From Sphagnum compactum (Eukaryota), in the NCBI GenBank assembly GCA_965153455.1, contig OZ234493.1:8608213-8672212 (forward strand): a DNA stretch of 64,000 nt, written 5' to 3'. Under the pieces are notes generated by a model. The model was given only the letters and a program-made list of their open reading frames with translations. It searched no databases and was not told where the DNA came from. Positions 1 to 15,049 of this stretch are shown in pieces. Numbering within the stretch: position 1 is the first letter of the stretch; each line of letters begins with the position of its first letter. Position numbers and translations under genes: made by a program.

Positions 1-3000
1 GTTGAAAATTACCAAGTGAGAAGTTTTAGGGTTGAATGGTTCCTCTGCAGCTATGTTTATTTTGTGCAAAGATCCCGAGTTTGAATATGTGTTCAAGATT
101 TTTGTTTTTTTTGAGACTTCTAGGGTTAGAAAGTGGTTAGCACTTTTTGATAGTGGCTCAGCAGTTTTGGTCCTGTTGACTTCTTTGTTAGCTTTTTATC
201 CTGAGTGCAAGCCAACATCATGACTAAATCTTCACAGTAATTCTACAAGTGCAACAAAAACTTAGGATGCAAATGTTTGTATGATGGCTTTTCCAAAAAA
301 ATTAGCAGATTATTGTATATGTATTTAGTGGAGGTAGGCCTGAGGGCTCAAAACGCAATCTAAATTTTCAGAGTGCCACATGGCATCATTTAAAACACTT
401 TCAAAGGAAAGCTGAAGGTGACCAACCAGTCATCAGTGTAGGTGCCGCAAGTTGGCCAGGGTGAACCAGCACCCATGTTAGTACCTTGACCTTTTTGAGT
501 GAGGCCTCTTAGTGGCCATCTTAAGCCCAAAAAATGTTAAATCTGAACTCAGACACCCTGATTTAGTCTTAGCATGGGATATTTGTAATGTTTAGAAATA
601 ATTTAAATGGACTAGCTTGGGTTCACCCAAAGCTCTCAAGTCACTGTGCCCTTGTTGGCTGATGGAATATCATTGAAACTACTTAATAGCAAGATGGGAA
701 TTTGAAAAAGTTTCTCAGAGTCCACAATTTTTTTATAAAAACAATCAAGGCATTGAGGCTAGTGTTGCCCTGTTATTGGGGAATTGTTTTTAAATAAATA
801 TGTTGGGTACTAATAAAGGGCACAATGACAGGCTATTGCAACCTACATGCCGGTTCTCACTAGCAGCAATATTTATTTTGGGGAAAAAAAAAAGGTGAGC
901 TAGAGTTGCACAAGAAGTCCAAGACCATATAATTCACAGGGCTCTTGTGAAAATCCCCTCCGATCTCATTTGTATCATTAAATCCATCAGAGACATGTCT
1001 GTGGACATCAGTTGCAGAAAGCGTCCAGGTGCTGAAGAAGACTTATGTATGCCAGTGATTTTGCAGCTGCTGCTGGCTTGTTTATCCCCCCCCCCCCCCC
1101 CCCATGTAGTAGGCTAAGTAGTATTCAGTTTTCTGGGCAGCTTGGTCTACAACGTTAGAGAACAACAGTCTGTTAAGATCCTGTAAATAGTTCAACTGTT
1201 CCAAATTAGTACTGTTCTTTTTTCCAAGTCTCATACTGTGACTAGCAATCATTCACTGTGTTTGTAGTTGCTGGAAACAACAGGCTATGTGAAATTTTCG
1301 AAGTCCTCACCTCTTCTTAATAGGTAATGACTAGGTAATATTGCAGAGGAAGAGTGTAATATCATCATCCGCTCTGTCTGTGTCGACTCTCTCTAGTGAC
1401 CCAAGCTGACAACGTTTAGGTTTAGTGCTGCAGGAGCAGTATTACTCTACTTGAGAGAGAGACGGACGTAGTCAATAAAAGACAGCCATAGGCCTACCTC
1501 CACTCCAGGTCCCAGAAGGGACCAACTAGTTTATGAATTTCAGGAGCTGATTAAGTCTATAATGAGTCACAGCAACTTGTCATTGCTATTTGTGCTATTT
1601 ATGGTGAAGGTGATGGTCTCACACTAGACCAGCAACACGCAAAAGGTTATGACTGCAATCATTGCCATGTTACCTTCAAAGTTTCTTTGTGAAGTTTTCT
1701 TTGCAATTCATTGACATGCAATTCTACAGGAAACATGACGACATATTCATTTGTTGTTGGTGTCTTGTTTGCCATTCAATCCCTTCAACTTGATTGAGCA
1801 TCTGGTGGTTGATTTGTCAAAATAAAAGGCTTGCATCTTATGATGCCATGTTTGGTTATATGGAAGAAAAAACTGGGCAGCTTGTCATGTACCCCTCATT
1901 ATTGAATATGTTTAAACATGCAATACCTTCATCTATATGGATATTTATGGAATCTATCACTGTTAGCAGATTGTGTAATATCTTATATCTCTACATACCT
2001 TGAATGTGTCAAAGTGTGCAATACTTTCATACTGTTGCAAACCCTAATATTAGTATGGAAAAATGGGTAATACTTTCATTGTTTCCTGCAATGTTGATAT
2101 TTCAATGTGAAACTTTCAATTTTTTTGTGACAAAGCATGCAATACATCCATTTTGATGTTGAGCCCTCACAATTGGGTGTGTGAAAATGGGCAACACCTT
2201 CATTTTGTAACAAATCTTTGTACTTGTGTAGGTAGATTGTTCTTCATACGGAGTATGGCGCAATGTGATACCTGCATGGATGTCTATTAACCATTCTACA
2301 TACTACAGGATGACTTTTATGTTCTTGTTTATTAATCCCTAGGCACATTTTTGTAGATGATTTCACTTATATCACAAAGTTTCATATCCATGTGTAGTTG
2401 ATGAAACAAGATACATAGAACATAAACTACTGCCAACATGATAGATGCCAACATTAGAATTCATCAATTGGTATGCAAATAATGTTACAAAAGTTTTGAA
2501 TCACACACATGCATGATATGGATACATGAACTGATGATCTTAAGAAATGGGACATACTCAAGTCTAGAATTCTATAAAGACATCATCCCCAAATTTCCAA
2601 AGTCATTGAAACTGCAATCTATTAAAATAGTTTTAGTTTCATTACCATATTTGACTGGTGAAATTTAATGTGATCGTCTAAATTTTGCATTCCATATTGT
2701 AAACTCCTAGTCTTAGGCTTGAAAATGCTCGATACAAACTAGAGGGTTTCTCTCCCCTCAACTCTCCCCCTCAGCCACAGCTTCCATTCTTAGTGCATAA
2801 GCATGATTCAAAATGGGTGTGTTCCAACTCCAATGCAAAACAATTGTAATCAAATTCTTTTGGATTTGTTTACTAAGACCTTTGACATTACCATTAGTTA
2901 CTGTAGCATGTCATTTTGTACCACACAAGTTTAGACAACGTATGGTGGTTGTGGAAGCATCATCCATAAGTGAAATGATGTCAACTATAGAGATTGACTA

Positions 3001-3571
3001 GCTTACATGTCAGTATGCTTCCCAATCAGAGTAAAAAGAAGGACGACATAAGTTTTGGTAATGTTTCCCCAAAGTAACAAATGACATGTAAAAATGAGAA
3101 ACAGGTTACGTGTCTTCAGATATGAACCTTGAGTCTCTCACTCTCCTTTAGGACGACTTGGAATTACAAACCCAACTTCAGTTTCCTGCAAATACGTATT
3201 GGTTTGGTTCACCACCAGAAGATGCTCTTCGAAGTATTTCACCTAACCAGCTATGTATTTTTGTGTTTCAGACAGCTCAATTTTGAGCAAATAAATAGAA
3301 AGGAGATGATTCTGTATGTGCCAAAAGAGAGGATGAGTGTCTGATACCCACAGTTCCTACAGACCAGAAATAGACCTTATACCAACCAACACAGGTTACT
3401 GTGCAGGACATCCCCGATCCTTGCCTCAAGGCTCTGACACAGTTTCTAAGGACTATTGAGAACTAATACATTGCATTTATATGGTAACTTTCAAGAATTA
3501 AGCAATTATGTAGACATGGTTTGCCAAAGGACTCAAACCTGGTTTATACAGTTCTTCTGATCACATATCAC

Positions 3572-6500
3572 TCAAGAAAAGCAGAGTCTTTCATTAACAA
3601 ATCTTCCCTTGAGCCTGCAAGTGTTCCACTCCAGGACTATGGTATCCTTGTGGCATTGACCAAAGTAGTGGTGGTTAGCTCTGGTGCTTGGTGAGCAGAA
3701 CAATGATGGCTGATGGCAGCGAGCAATTTGCACTACTCTCAGTGCTGAATATCTTGTGTTCTGGATACAATCCAGGAAAGAAAGGTCAAAAAGGAACCTA
3801 GTTGCCTAAGAAACAGATATTAAATACCTGAAAATAGCTTTGTAAGTACTGACAATTTCTCCACACTCAAGCCAACCTGAAAATAATTGAGAGATGACTG
3901 GATAATAAGGTTATGATAAATCAGATTTGACCACACCAACCAATCAGCAAGCATAAAAAAGGAAACCCAACCCCAAATAAAGGAGAAAACAAGACCAAAA
4001 ACAAAGCTGAGGAGCAGTTTGAATGACAGCAACCGTCATATGCATGTTCAGGAATCTTCAACAGCAACATATAGAATTGAGCACCTAACATAACATCCCC
4101 ACTCAATTCATCAGCTCCCAGCAATAGGTGGATGTTAAATGTCAAACATTAATTAACTAACATACTGAGTCGAAGTCTCAAGAGTCAAAGTAAAGGGTTA
4201 GCAACCTGACAAATCAAAACCATCACAACTAATAATAGAATTGCAGTCATATAATGGGATAACTGTGGCCTCTTGTCCAATACAGCATACTAAAAGGCAG
4301 GTTAATTCAAAATGCAAACAACACCAATCACCCACTCTTGAAGAAAATAAGTATAGAAAACTTACTGTAGGTTTATTGAAGAGTTTTTCCACGCTATCAC
4401 ATGTGTCCAAAGCAAGCTTTTGCAACAAAGGTAGCTGCCAGCAATAAAGACAATCTTCTGTTAGCAGCTGAAATTCAAATCCAATTTCAAAGTTGCAAGA
4501 AAAAGGAAGGAAGAGGGGCCTATGTAAACTCACATGCATGGATGAATCCTGTATGAAACTGGCAGGCAGTCCCTTACCCTGAACACAGAGAGCAACATAC
4601 ACAGTGACTGCCTTGATAATGACTTACTGACTTGCAAGCACATACCTTTTAAAACCCAGGCACATTATCAAGGCAATTGCAGAGGCCTTTCATTTCAAGA
4701 ACAGGACATTGGATGTTTCAGTCAGACTGGTGTCAGGGACCTTATCACTGGTTCATGACTTGATAAGTCAAGTTTGCATTTTTGAGAATCTAAGATCAAC
4801 AAAAACTTAGATCAACAAAAACTTGGATCAAATATTGAGTTTTGGCATTATGTTTCCTGTTCAAGAAGTGGTGACCCTAGATGAATCATCAGTTACCAAT
4901 GACAAGGTGGAAACAACAGTCCTGCATAGATACAGGGAGAAAGTGGGAAATTACAGTGTGGCGCAAGTGGAGCACTTGCAGGGCCTGACACCCAAGTAGC
5001 AGACATGAAGCTCCATCCATTGTTATCTGGTAGCAGTCCTGCATGTATGTGGAATTTACTAAGTATTTATGAACATGAAAAAAGTATCAAGGTGGTCCAG
5101 GAGACCTTCCCAAGTAAGAAATCCATCAAATTTGCCACTAGCAAATGTTTAGATTTGAGTTTCCTATTTACCAACTCCAGAGGTGCATCAGGTCTAGGAT
5201 TGGGATATCATGCACAACACAACTCTTGCCAAAGATGAGATAAAAACACAAAACACAGACGAATGGAACCAAAAATTCCTTGACATATGTGTTTTTGTGT
5301 TATTGCCTCTTGCTGAAAACTATTGCTCAACAGAGAACATGAGCATTATAGAGATACCTCTAACTTGAGCTCATACAGGCCATGCCACTTGCTTGCAATA
5401 ATCCTCAGAGAATCTGTCATGCAACCTCCTCATCAGATAAGCTTGTCAATTGTGACTTGATAAAACACTCAAACCAGGGAACAGCAATATAGATGGATGT
5501 GACTAGACATTAGTGTGGCAGGAGGTTACTGACAATGTCACACTATGGCAAAGAATATCCTATAAGAGTATGTGGTGGCTAGAGCTAGTTTAAAGAAATA
5601 ATGTGACTAGGTCAGAGCAGAGTGCACAAACAGAACTGTGAACCTCACAGATCAAAAGGCTACTTTATTTTGCTGGGCTATCAAATACATCTGCTGGATT
5701 GGTATTTATCCCGTGAGAAGATTTGAAAACCGGCAAAATTACAAAAGATGTGTCTTTCAACAAGAACAGGATGGCAGACATTTAAGAGGAAAACAGGACA
5801 AGGCCAGAAAACTGGGAGGTCTACAAGAAGTCACTCCAAAACATGTCCAACACCTGAATTGACCTAAAGTTGGCATCTACATTCAGGATTACATTCAATA
5901 CGTCAACTATTTACATAGAATGAGCAATATGAAACCCGCATGAGATGATATTGACATTTCACTCACCACTGGTCAGGCATTGACATCCTACAAAAGAGAG
6001 ATGACAAAGGCCTGGGCAAGTACTGCTCAAAAGCAATACATCACTATCCTCCATCCAAGGTGTAACTCTCTCCAGTCTGAGGCATGTTAGATTGAGACCA
6101 CACCCTCCTTTAAACATCCTAATGCTCTCACGAGAGATCTGTCCAAGACAGTGCCGGAGCTCCAGTGTATGTAAGCCCTTTAGCTCTTGGAGCATACTCA
6201 TCATTCCTTCATCAGATATTACCTGCCAACACACCCAGAAAATTTGAGATATCAGGCATCCAAGTAAGCCATGGTTGAAACTAAGAAGAATGTTTTCCAC
6301 AATAACCCATGCTATATTGTTTTTGCTGCTCGGAACCTTGGGTGAACTTGATATCCAACACCTGCTTTAGCCACAGCACTTGGTGGTCCAAAGAGACAAC
6401 TTGACATTTTCTTTCGCATCAACAGTTGAAATCCTTCATAAGTTAACCAGGGAGTCAGTGCCTGGATAGGTAGGTACTTCCTCATACTTCACTTCGTTCA

Positions 6501-9500
6501 TTGATGTCAACAAACTGGAAACAAGTCTAAGGAAGAGTAGTCATATTTGTCACAGTTCTCATACAGTTTTACAATGTCTTCATGAACTTGAACCCAACTG
6601 CTGCCAGCTGCTCTTGAGGTACTGCTTTGCAGTTTGAAGTTGTCATTCTAGCATGGGACAGGAGTGAAGATCATGAAAACCACACTTGGACTGTAGAGAA
6701 AAAATGAGCCACCATTTGATATGCAACAACGAGCAGGAATTGATAGAGGACAAATCAAGGACTTTGTGTACAATGACCAAACCCAGATGAGGAATCTCTT
6801 GGGAGCACCACATTTCACAGCACCAGCAATGAATGTTCTTACATCCGAACCTGGAAGCAAAGAGAAATGTGCTTGAAAGTTGAGCTTATATGAGACAGGC
6901 TTCTCAATGTGGTGTTGCTTACTGTACCCCCAACTCCTACAGTAAGGCTCTGAAGCCTACAACTTCCAAGGCCCATGGATTTAAAGGATGAGTCTGACAA
7001 ACCCCAGCCCATTATCACCTCCTCCAACTGAAAACTTTTTCCATCACATTGAAGCTCTAAGTTGTTTGTAGCCATTTGAGTGCAACCTCTTGTATTGAGA
7101 ACCTTCAACCTTGAGTTCTTTGCCATGATGTGTGTGACAGCCCTCCTTGACACCTGTTAGGTACAGAGCAATCATGAGTATCCTCAAGGCGGATGGAGGT
7201 GTTCTTTGGGCTGAAGGAAAGCAATAATAATGAATTCCAAATGTTGTGGAAAGTGTCTTGTCAATCATCTCTAAAGGGACCAACAGCAGCTCTTTCAAAA
7301 CAACAAGATTCATTCTCAATAACACAGAAACACCCTGCATTGCAAGCATTGGAGAATACATCTATGAGACCGTAGAGAAAACTCCACAACAACACTTTAA
7401 AGATAACACAACAGTGAGTGTGTTGGAGAATAACAGTTTCTCACTCCTTTACCATGGAAACCATATCAACTAGTGGAGTATAGATATATGCCCTTTACTG
7501 AACCAAAAAGGGATCATACAAGAATGTTTTGCTTGTGAATTCCAAAGTTAAGAGTACCCAGCCACCTGTGTTTCTCTGAGATTGAGATGCAGTAGATCTG
7601 TTCCAGAAAATGCAAATAAAGCAGTGTCACTGACACAGGTGTAGGCCATGGACAAATAAGCAAGGAAAGGCTGGTATTTTAACAACTGAATTAGATGTTT
7701 CTCCTCCAAGCCTGCACAGAAAAATTCATAAAGTATTAGGAGTCACTCTTCTAGCTCATTGCACTTCTCTAATCCCTGTGGTCTAAAAGTACAGTTTCCA
7801 ACCAGCTGCTGCATAACAAAGGGAGCAGTCTCACATCCTCTTCTTTCAGAAAAGCAAAATGGACAATTAGAAAACACTTCCATGTTGAGCAGCTGATACA
7901 GTTATACAGGATTACATGATGCCCACTATAAAGTCTACCATAATGACCCTGCTGCTCATGAATTTCTCTTCCAATTGCATGGGATGGTTGTACACAACCA
8001 TCCAGTAAACAAAAAATCAAAGCTTCAAGACATCCTGTATGTAGGAACATAACGAGTGAAGGGAGCAGAATGAGAATATTCCTTTTCAGTATAGAAAACA
8101 GAGTTATACATCAAGTTGCAGGAACACCAGCGCACATCAGTAAACCCAGCAGCAAATTTCCTTCTTTAAATTTCTCTATAGGTGCAAAACACAACTGTGG
8201 AGAATATACCAAAGCATTTGTCCAGGTCCAAAGTTTGAAGGGCATGGTTCTTGGAGATGCTGGCTACATCCACAGGGACAGCATGCAGAAGAGCTCTGGA
8301 GGAAGCGGGCCCAAAGGAAGTGCCTGCAGCCCGGAAATCCTGGAACAATTTTCAAAATAGAGCAGAGCCACACAGACCCTCAGAAAGTGGTATGACCAAA
8401 CCTCAAAGCTGCACAGTGCCAGAAACAGTGCTTGAACATTACATCATGGACTAACAATCCCAACTGCAAACCACCTTTCTTAAGTCTAGATTTGAGAAGA
8501 GCAAAGATGATAATCCACTCCAAGGGTATGACTTAATGTTGAGAACAATAACACACCGACATATACAGCTGACATACCTTAAAACAGTTAGGGTAAAGGT
8601 TCAGGAAAGTTGCAATGCCTGAATCAGTCAGTTGTGAACAGCCACTAATGTCCACTGCCTGAAGGGCTGGACATTTATGCCCAAGAGAGTTGAACATTGC
8701 ATCTGATTGCACCATAACAAACATGCCCTCAGGTAACAAGCAGCTTCAAGGTTAGAAGAAACAGGGCAAGTGCTTATCAGGATGTGTGGCCCTACAAGTG
8801 AAAACAATTATCCAGACATCCAGAATGATGCAATAATCTTGATCGCCTCACCTCATAGAGAATGGGAACCAAAAAGAGATGCACAATCAATGCCATTTCA
8901 TGTATGTTCCACCATATTCCTTGGTAGATTGTGAGAGAGAACATCTCGAGAGGAAAGAACTCACCAGACAACTCTGAGCGCCCACGTAGAGAAAGCTCCT
9001 TTAAATTTTGAAGTCCATCTGACTTGTTATACGACCCATGAGTCACCGGATATACCACTAGAACTTGAGACTTCTGCACTGTTACTGCCCCCTCCATCTC
9101 CACAATCTCTTCAGTGACAGATAAGTCCAAAACTTCCAAAAGTGGACAACAAGCTGATAAGCTTATGTATATTGAGATGGCTAGCTGTGGGCAATCCTGA
9201 AGTCTCAGAATCAACAGTTTTGGGCAGGCTGCTGCAAGCCATTCACATAAATCTTCTTCTTGTATTCGCCAGCACTGAGATAAGGTGAAAGTTTTCAAAT
9301 TTTCAAAGCAAGGAATGTCAGGCCACAGTGGCTTATGAGGAAACAAAGGATTTGACATTCGACTGGGCTTGGAGAGCTCCAGATTGCACACTGCTGATGA
9401 CCAAAATAAGAGTGGACCTGTTACCTGTTGGCAACCAGATAGATCCACTTCCTGCACACAAATTACCATAAAAATCAGAATACAATTTCTCAGCATAGAC

Positions 9501-12500
9501 TTCATATCAATACACCACACATTCAACCTAATACTTATGCTCAGATCCGTCTCCTTTGCTCATAATTCTTTCTTTTCTCATGCTGAAATTTCCCTTCTGG
9601 TGTGTATTGTCCTGACATATACAGATTGGCAAGATGAGAGCAGATTTGGGTTCATCCCTGCAAGTTTCCAGTCATGGAGCCTGTGCACTAATAAAGACAT
9701 GATAGATGCTGATTGAAGCTAGTGAAACAAATAGTTGTATGTTTGGGAGCTATGCAACAGACCTGGGAGTGTCGAGTGAGGCGTATAGCAGGCTTGCCCA
9801 CCCAAGATTTCTGGAGAAATTCCAATGGAGACTTCAAAATAGATGCAAAGCAATATTCTAGTATATTAGCTCCAGACAATGACTCTTCCCCCATCGTTCC
9901 AACTTCAAAAATCTCCAGTGGATATTTTGGAACAAGCCGCCCTGCAGGTTAAACCTCACACAAGTTTCTCATATATTCACTCAAATCTGTAGCCTACCAT
10001 TTCACTGAGAAGATGGTAACCAAAAGATGGAATTACATTGAAGAAAAATAGACCTTTACCATCTCCTGATACTCCCCTCAAATCAAGATAGCCCCATGCA
10101 ATGTGGGGACAGGGAAGTGTGCATGGGACACAATATATGAAAACATCCTAAATAATTGAGGAAAAATGCAAGAACAAAAATTATGCAAGAAACATTCGGT
10201 GCAACCATATCAATTGAGGGCAAACACTGTACTCAACAACTTTCGTACCCAAAGATAAGCAAAGCAATCATAAGAGGTGATCAGCAGTTGCATATGGAGG
10301 GCACAACAAAAACTACATGATGCAAACAGGGCTCACCTAGAATAAACTCAATAGGCAGCAGACTCAGCTGAATCTGCTCAACACAAATGTCCCAACCAAC
10401 CAGAGTTCCTTCATCAGTAGATTTAGTGAAGGGCTGTCTTTGCTAGATCAGAAACCGTCAGACCCCTCAAAACAACAGAAAAGAGCATGAGACGGATGGT
10501 TAACCTTCTTAAAAATGCTTGTGTAACCTTCACGAAGATGTTTAGTCAGCTCTGCCAATCGCAACTCTTCTGTTTGGTTCTCATACCATCGCAAAAGGGC
10601 ATTGCATAGTTGCATCTCACTGCACAGCACAATCAAATGTTACTTCCCCACATCAAAAACTTTGAGACATCGAGTTTGAGTCTTGATAAACAATTGGGGA
10701 GTCTGCCATTTGCATTGATGCCAATTCAGTTCTCCTCAACATTTTGCAGATTTCGCCTTCAAGAGACACTGGTGGATGATTCAAACTTGATGCTGATCAA
10801 GGTCATTGTCACATCTGATGACCACAGAACCTTTAGAGATCTTGTGACTTAGTATGCAGCCAGCTGAAGACAGTCTTTCTTCATCATAGTAAGTTTCTGG
10901 CCTTTGAGGATTCTTGAATTTTCAAAACTTTTGTGAATTACTGCAAACTAGTTATTTCTGGTGCCAAATTTGTACATGCCATCAGAGAATTGTGGGTATC
11001 CATGCCTACCCTCTTAATTCCATTTGGAAACAGTTCTGAGATACACTTCACAATTAAATCCCCCGTAGAAACAGGCAAATGAGGTGATTGGGCGGGCCAG
11101 TTGGGGGGGGGAAAGGGGGGCTATACATACCTGTGAACAGTGAGCTCAGGATGATCGACACATGCCCAAAGAAGCAAGAATGGAATATCAACAAAGCCCT
11201 CCCACAACACAGCTTCTGCCTATACATCCGAGACAAGTTCAAAACTGACTAAGAAACTCTTCTTTGATTTCATTGATTCTCCTTTTTCATCTCAATTAAG
11301 TAAGCTCCATTCTTGCTCTTTCTTCTTTCCTTCCCATCTGGAGACATGTAATCCTCAATCTTTGCAGAATGCAGCACCCAGGTCAATGACAATATCTCTC
11401 ATAAGAATAGAGAAATCTCCATTCTCACGATGAAGAAGAAACAGCAAGGTTTACTCTTTCTCAGGAAGCCACAGAAAGAACCAAACAAGGGAAGACAGAA
11501 ACAAACACAAAACAAAAAACACACACCGGTATGAACAAAAGTGCCAATGAACATATAGACAAATGCTGACAGATAAGGGTATAATAGGAGCCTACAAAGT
11601 TGATGGCGAGACCTTTGGCACAATGTTCCATGATTGATGTGACTCCTTCACCCCAAAAGCAATCACAGCAATGAGTTGGGAATAAAATATTCAGATCCAG
11701 TTGCTGATCAGTAATGAGCAGATACCAGCAGAAAACTCCAATCTCAACCATGAGTAATATGCTTCTTGTACAGGAATAATAAAGAATGTCACATGGTAGA
11801 TATTTAAATCTGGTACAGAGATCTTCATACCTGTGTCTGATGCAGTGGTCCAAATTGAAGGAAGGCAGACAAGAATGTTGTCATTGCTCTGGTTGCTTCC
11901 TGTATGGAACATAGAAGCTACCCAATCTTCACATGCAGAGATTGCTGACTCCACCCCAAAGAACACCGCACCCTAGTATGACAAAATTGTAAGAGCTCAA
12001 ATAATAAGCCTGACTGTGTCAAGAATGATGTCACTTCTAATCAGGAAAAATGGGTCTAAATCTCAAGCTTCTTCAGCAGTTTAGCATTCTCCTAGAGTAT
12101 GTTGTTAACACTAGGTCACCCAGAATGCTTTTAAGGGTGACATCTTGCAATCTCACCACCCTAATGATGGCATTCTCATGGCATGATCATAGCATGAAGA
12201 AATCAGACCTACAAAGATTGGGAGTTGTTCTTTCCCTTGAATGGAAAGAGAATTGATGAGTACCTGCAACAATGGTGCAACCATGGATGAAGATAAGCTA
12301 AGGTTGAAGCCATGCATGCACTGCAAAAGCATGAATATTGTTGGTGTGTCCCACTTCACTGTTATACGCTCATATCCTGCTTCTCTGGACCAATCAAAAT
12401 TGTTTATGACATCAGCATCCACCAACTACTTTCCTAGGAGAGAGCTTCACCTGCAGTTTCCTCTGTCCCTCTTCACAAAGTCTCTCCAAAAAATACTGAG

Positions 12501-13724
12501 AGACTTGCTTCTTCCATACCTGAAATTGCTGAATATGGATCGAAAGTATGTTGACTGCTTCACAAGCCTGGAAAAACACACATCCCCAAGAGTTTCAATC
12601 AAACATCACACGCACATGACACACATGCAACCCAACATTGACGTCCATTGACATGCATCTCGAACTTTTGAAATGAGAATAAGTCAATTCTATGTCACGC
12701 ACCAACAGAGCTCACAAAACTCAGGATGGAATCAATTCCTTTAGAAGATTGCTCATGCATCAAGCCTCTGCTGGCAGTGTCACTATCCCATCTCCATGTT
12801 GCTTCAGCATCAAGTGGCCAATTCAAGTCATTGTTGTTAAAAAACAATTTCCTCCTGAACTCCCTGGCCATTGGTGCTGAACCTATTTAGTCTATTACTT
12901 GTATGACTTCCAATCATATTCCACAGAAGACTGTTGACATGACAAACTGTGGGGTTTAGGAGTTTTGGGTCAAGAATTAATGAGCAAAATTTAGGGTTGA
13001 GGATTGAGGCATGTCTGTGGTTCCAAGGCAATGCTTGCAAAGTATGGCATACAAGGTATCAGGTTCAACATCAGAATTTCAACTGTGGTTCAAATGTGCC
13101 ACATCAAGATTAGGATTGACAAGTGATTTGAGATGCGGCAACCTGGAATTAAACCCCAGCTGAATCTTCCACAGTAGTCTACTTGAATTGAAGGTGATGA
13201 AAATGAACTGGAGTTGTCTCGGGTTGAAAAATGACAGATCTGCTTGATGTCAATTTCTAATCTTTTTAAAGTCAGTTTTGTTCTCTTTGATTCTGCTCAA
13301 AGACCCTCAAAAGATTCAATCACAAACCTCTCTGGACAGTAGATTCCCAACCAACACCAATTTGTTGGCCTACTACTACCATGCAATTGCCCCAATTATC
13401 TTGACATGCTCCTGAGTTCAAAGATCTTTGTGAGGAAAACAGACAGACAGTCAGTCAGTCAGATGATGTTGGCATAATATCAACTTACAATTCCTTGTGC
13501 ACACGAAAAATGAGGCCAATCCGCAAGTTCTCAACCTCAGCTACCAGGCCCTTCCAGTCTTCAGATGACAGAGTCCCTGCCTCAATAATCTTTTCTCCAT
13601 CACAACATTCAAAGCCCACCTCTAGCAACACAGGTGTTGATGCAGCAGCAGCAGCAGCAGCAACAACAGATGATGACATTATCTCCCCTTCCAACAAAGC
13701 CACTTCATGACTCCTATCTGCCAT
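3572..13724 (-). CDS. FBL11: BTB/POZ domain + leucine-rich-repeat protein (FBL11-like), 20 coding exons, about 968 aa
   Basis: Exons read by hand, all GT-AG with consistent phase: 13724-13489, 12567-12520, 12384-12264, 11972-11831, 11645-11596, 11219-11131, 10619-10505, 10373-10337, 9941-9763, 9451-8965, 8702-8578, 8339-8210, 7711-7566, 7153-6851, 6222-5967, 5413-5358, 5038-4955, 4578-4534, 4434-4366, 3760-3572. Total 2907 nt, ending in TGA. The protein has a BTB-type 'FRVHKELLVKQSTYFRSIF', a BACK-like 'HPELTVHSEMQLCNALLRW', many cysteine-containing LRRs (VDLSGCQQVT, LRLQDCPQL, VDISGCSQLTDSG, LSFVGCQCLT) and the C-terminus 'HKDTIVLEWNTCRLKGRFVNERL'. This matches my recollection of plant FBL11. 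Confidence 0.9.
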
Positions 13725-15049
13725 AATCTATCTCTCCAGAAAATGAGAGGGAGAGAAAGAGAGGAACCAAGGGGAAATCCCCCCACAATCACTCTTCTTT
13801 GAAAGGGAATGTTGCCCTAAAAACATACATGAAACAGCTTGGTCCAAAAGTGTAAGGCTAAGGGAACATTTCCATTGAGTAGCTGCAAATTCGCCTTTGA
13901 TTTCCAAAGTGCTTTCTACATGTCAACCACTTATGTTGTTGCTTATGTCAAAAGTAATGAAAAGTCATGTGAAAGTAGAAAAACTAGGCAAATTCATTCC
14001 ATCCCCCTTTCAAGTTTTTGAAATGGTTATGGGTGAAGCTTTGAGTTCATCCTCCTTTTGATGATTTCATGTTGTTAGTTTGTTAGTATTGGGATAAGTC
14101 TTTTATGTAATATACCTATGTCACAACAAACTTATGTCTCATTTTAATTATGAAAGTGTTCACATGAGCAAATGTATGTTTTTGGTGAGTGATTTTCATT
14201 GAGTAAGGTTTCTAAATGTGTGTGATGACATCCCCATTGGATATAACCCACACAAAGACCAAGTTTTAATTGCACGAGTGATTCTAGCCCAAAAACCATG
14301 AAAGTTTCACCTTTGTGTATCGTGAATATGGGGTATAAGTGTTGTATGTGAATTCAATTTGTTGTAACTTTCTTATGTGCTAGTATGGATTTAATTAAAA
14401 ATTAATTCTCGGAGGTCTAGACCTATCCTAGGTTACATTTTTTGTTTCATTGTTAGGATTTATATTTTCGAAAAATCAATGTTTAGGATGCAACAAGTGG
14501 ACATGTTACCTTTGCTATGTATTTTACTTGTGAAACATATGGGCATGGGCATACTTATGTCAAGAGTGTGACGAACACAACCAAGAAAAGGAAATTGAAG
14601 GCCAATAGAATTAACAAGGGGAAAGGATGAAATTCTAGGGGGAGAAGACTTTATGGTGGAATGGCTTGTGTAGGCAATTAAGTCTTTAAACACTTTAACA
14701 ATTTATATGAAATATGATAGAGTTTTTGAAAGGGAGTATCAAAGGTTGCAAAGAAGGAAAAACAAAAACAAGTTCAAATCTAAAAGGTAATAAAAACATA
14801 ATAAACACAAGAAGAAATCTAAACCACAAAATGATTTACCTTAACCACAACATAATAATGTATGGATAACTTTATGGAAGCCATGTTTTCAATATAAGTA
14901 AAAAGTTGAAAGTTAAATTGACAATAATACACAAAATGAATTTTCATCAAAATTTAGTAGAAAATTGTGATCCTACTTTCATTATTCAAATGATGCAATC
15001 CAATGATTTTTTTCTTTTTACTTGTTATAACTTACACACGACTCTTGTG

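Noticed and set aside
1086-1103. Poly-C tract
   Set aside because: Simple homopolymer with no supporting structure.
1-3500. Additional gene in the first 3.5 kb
   Set aside because: I could not assemble a consistent exon chain or protein motif; UTR or noncoding exons cannot be excluded.
4198-4602. 134-aa ORF as an independent gene
   Set aside because: It is two FBL11 exons plus in-frame intron sequence. The other ORFs in 3.5-13.7 kb are also exon read-throughs or antisense shadows.
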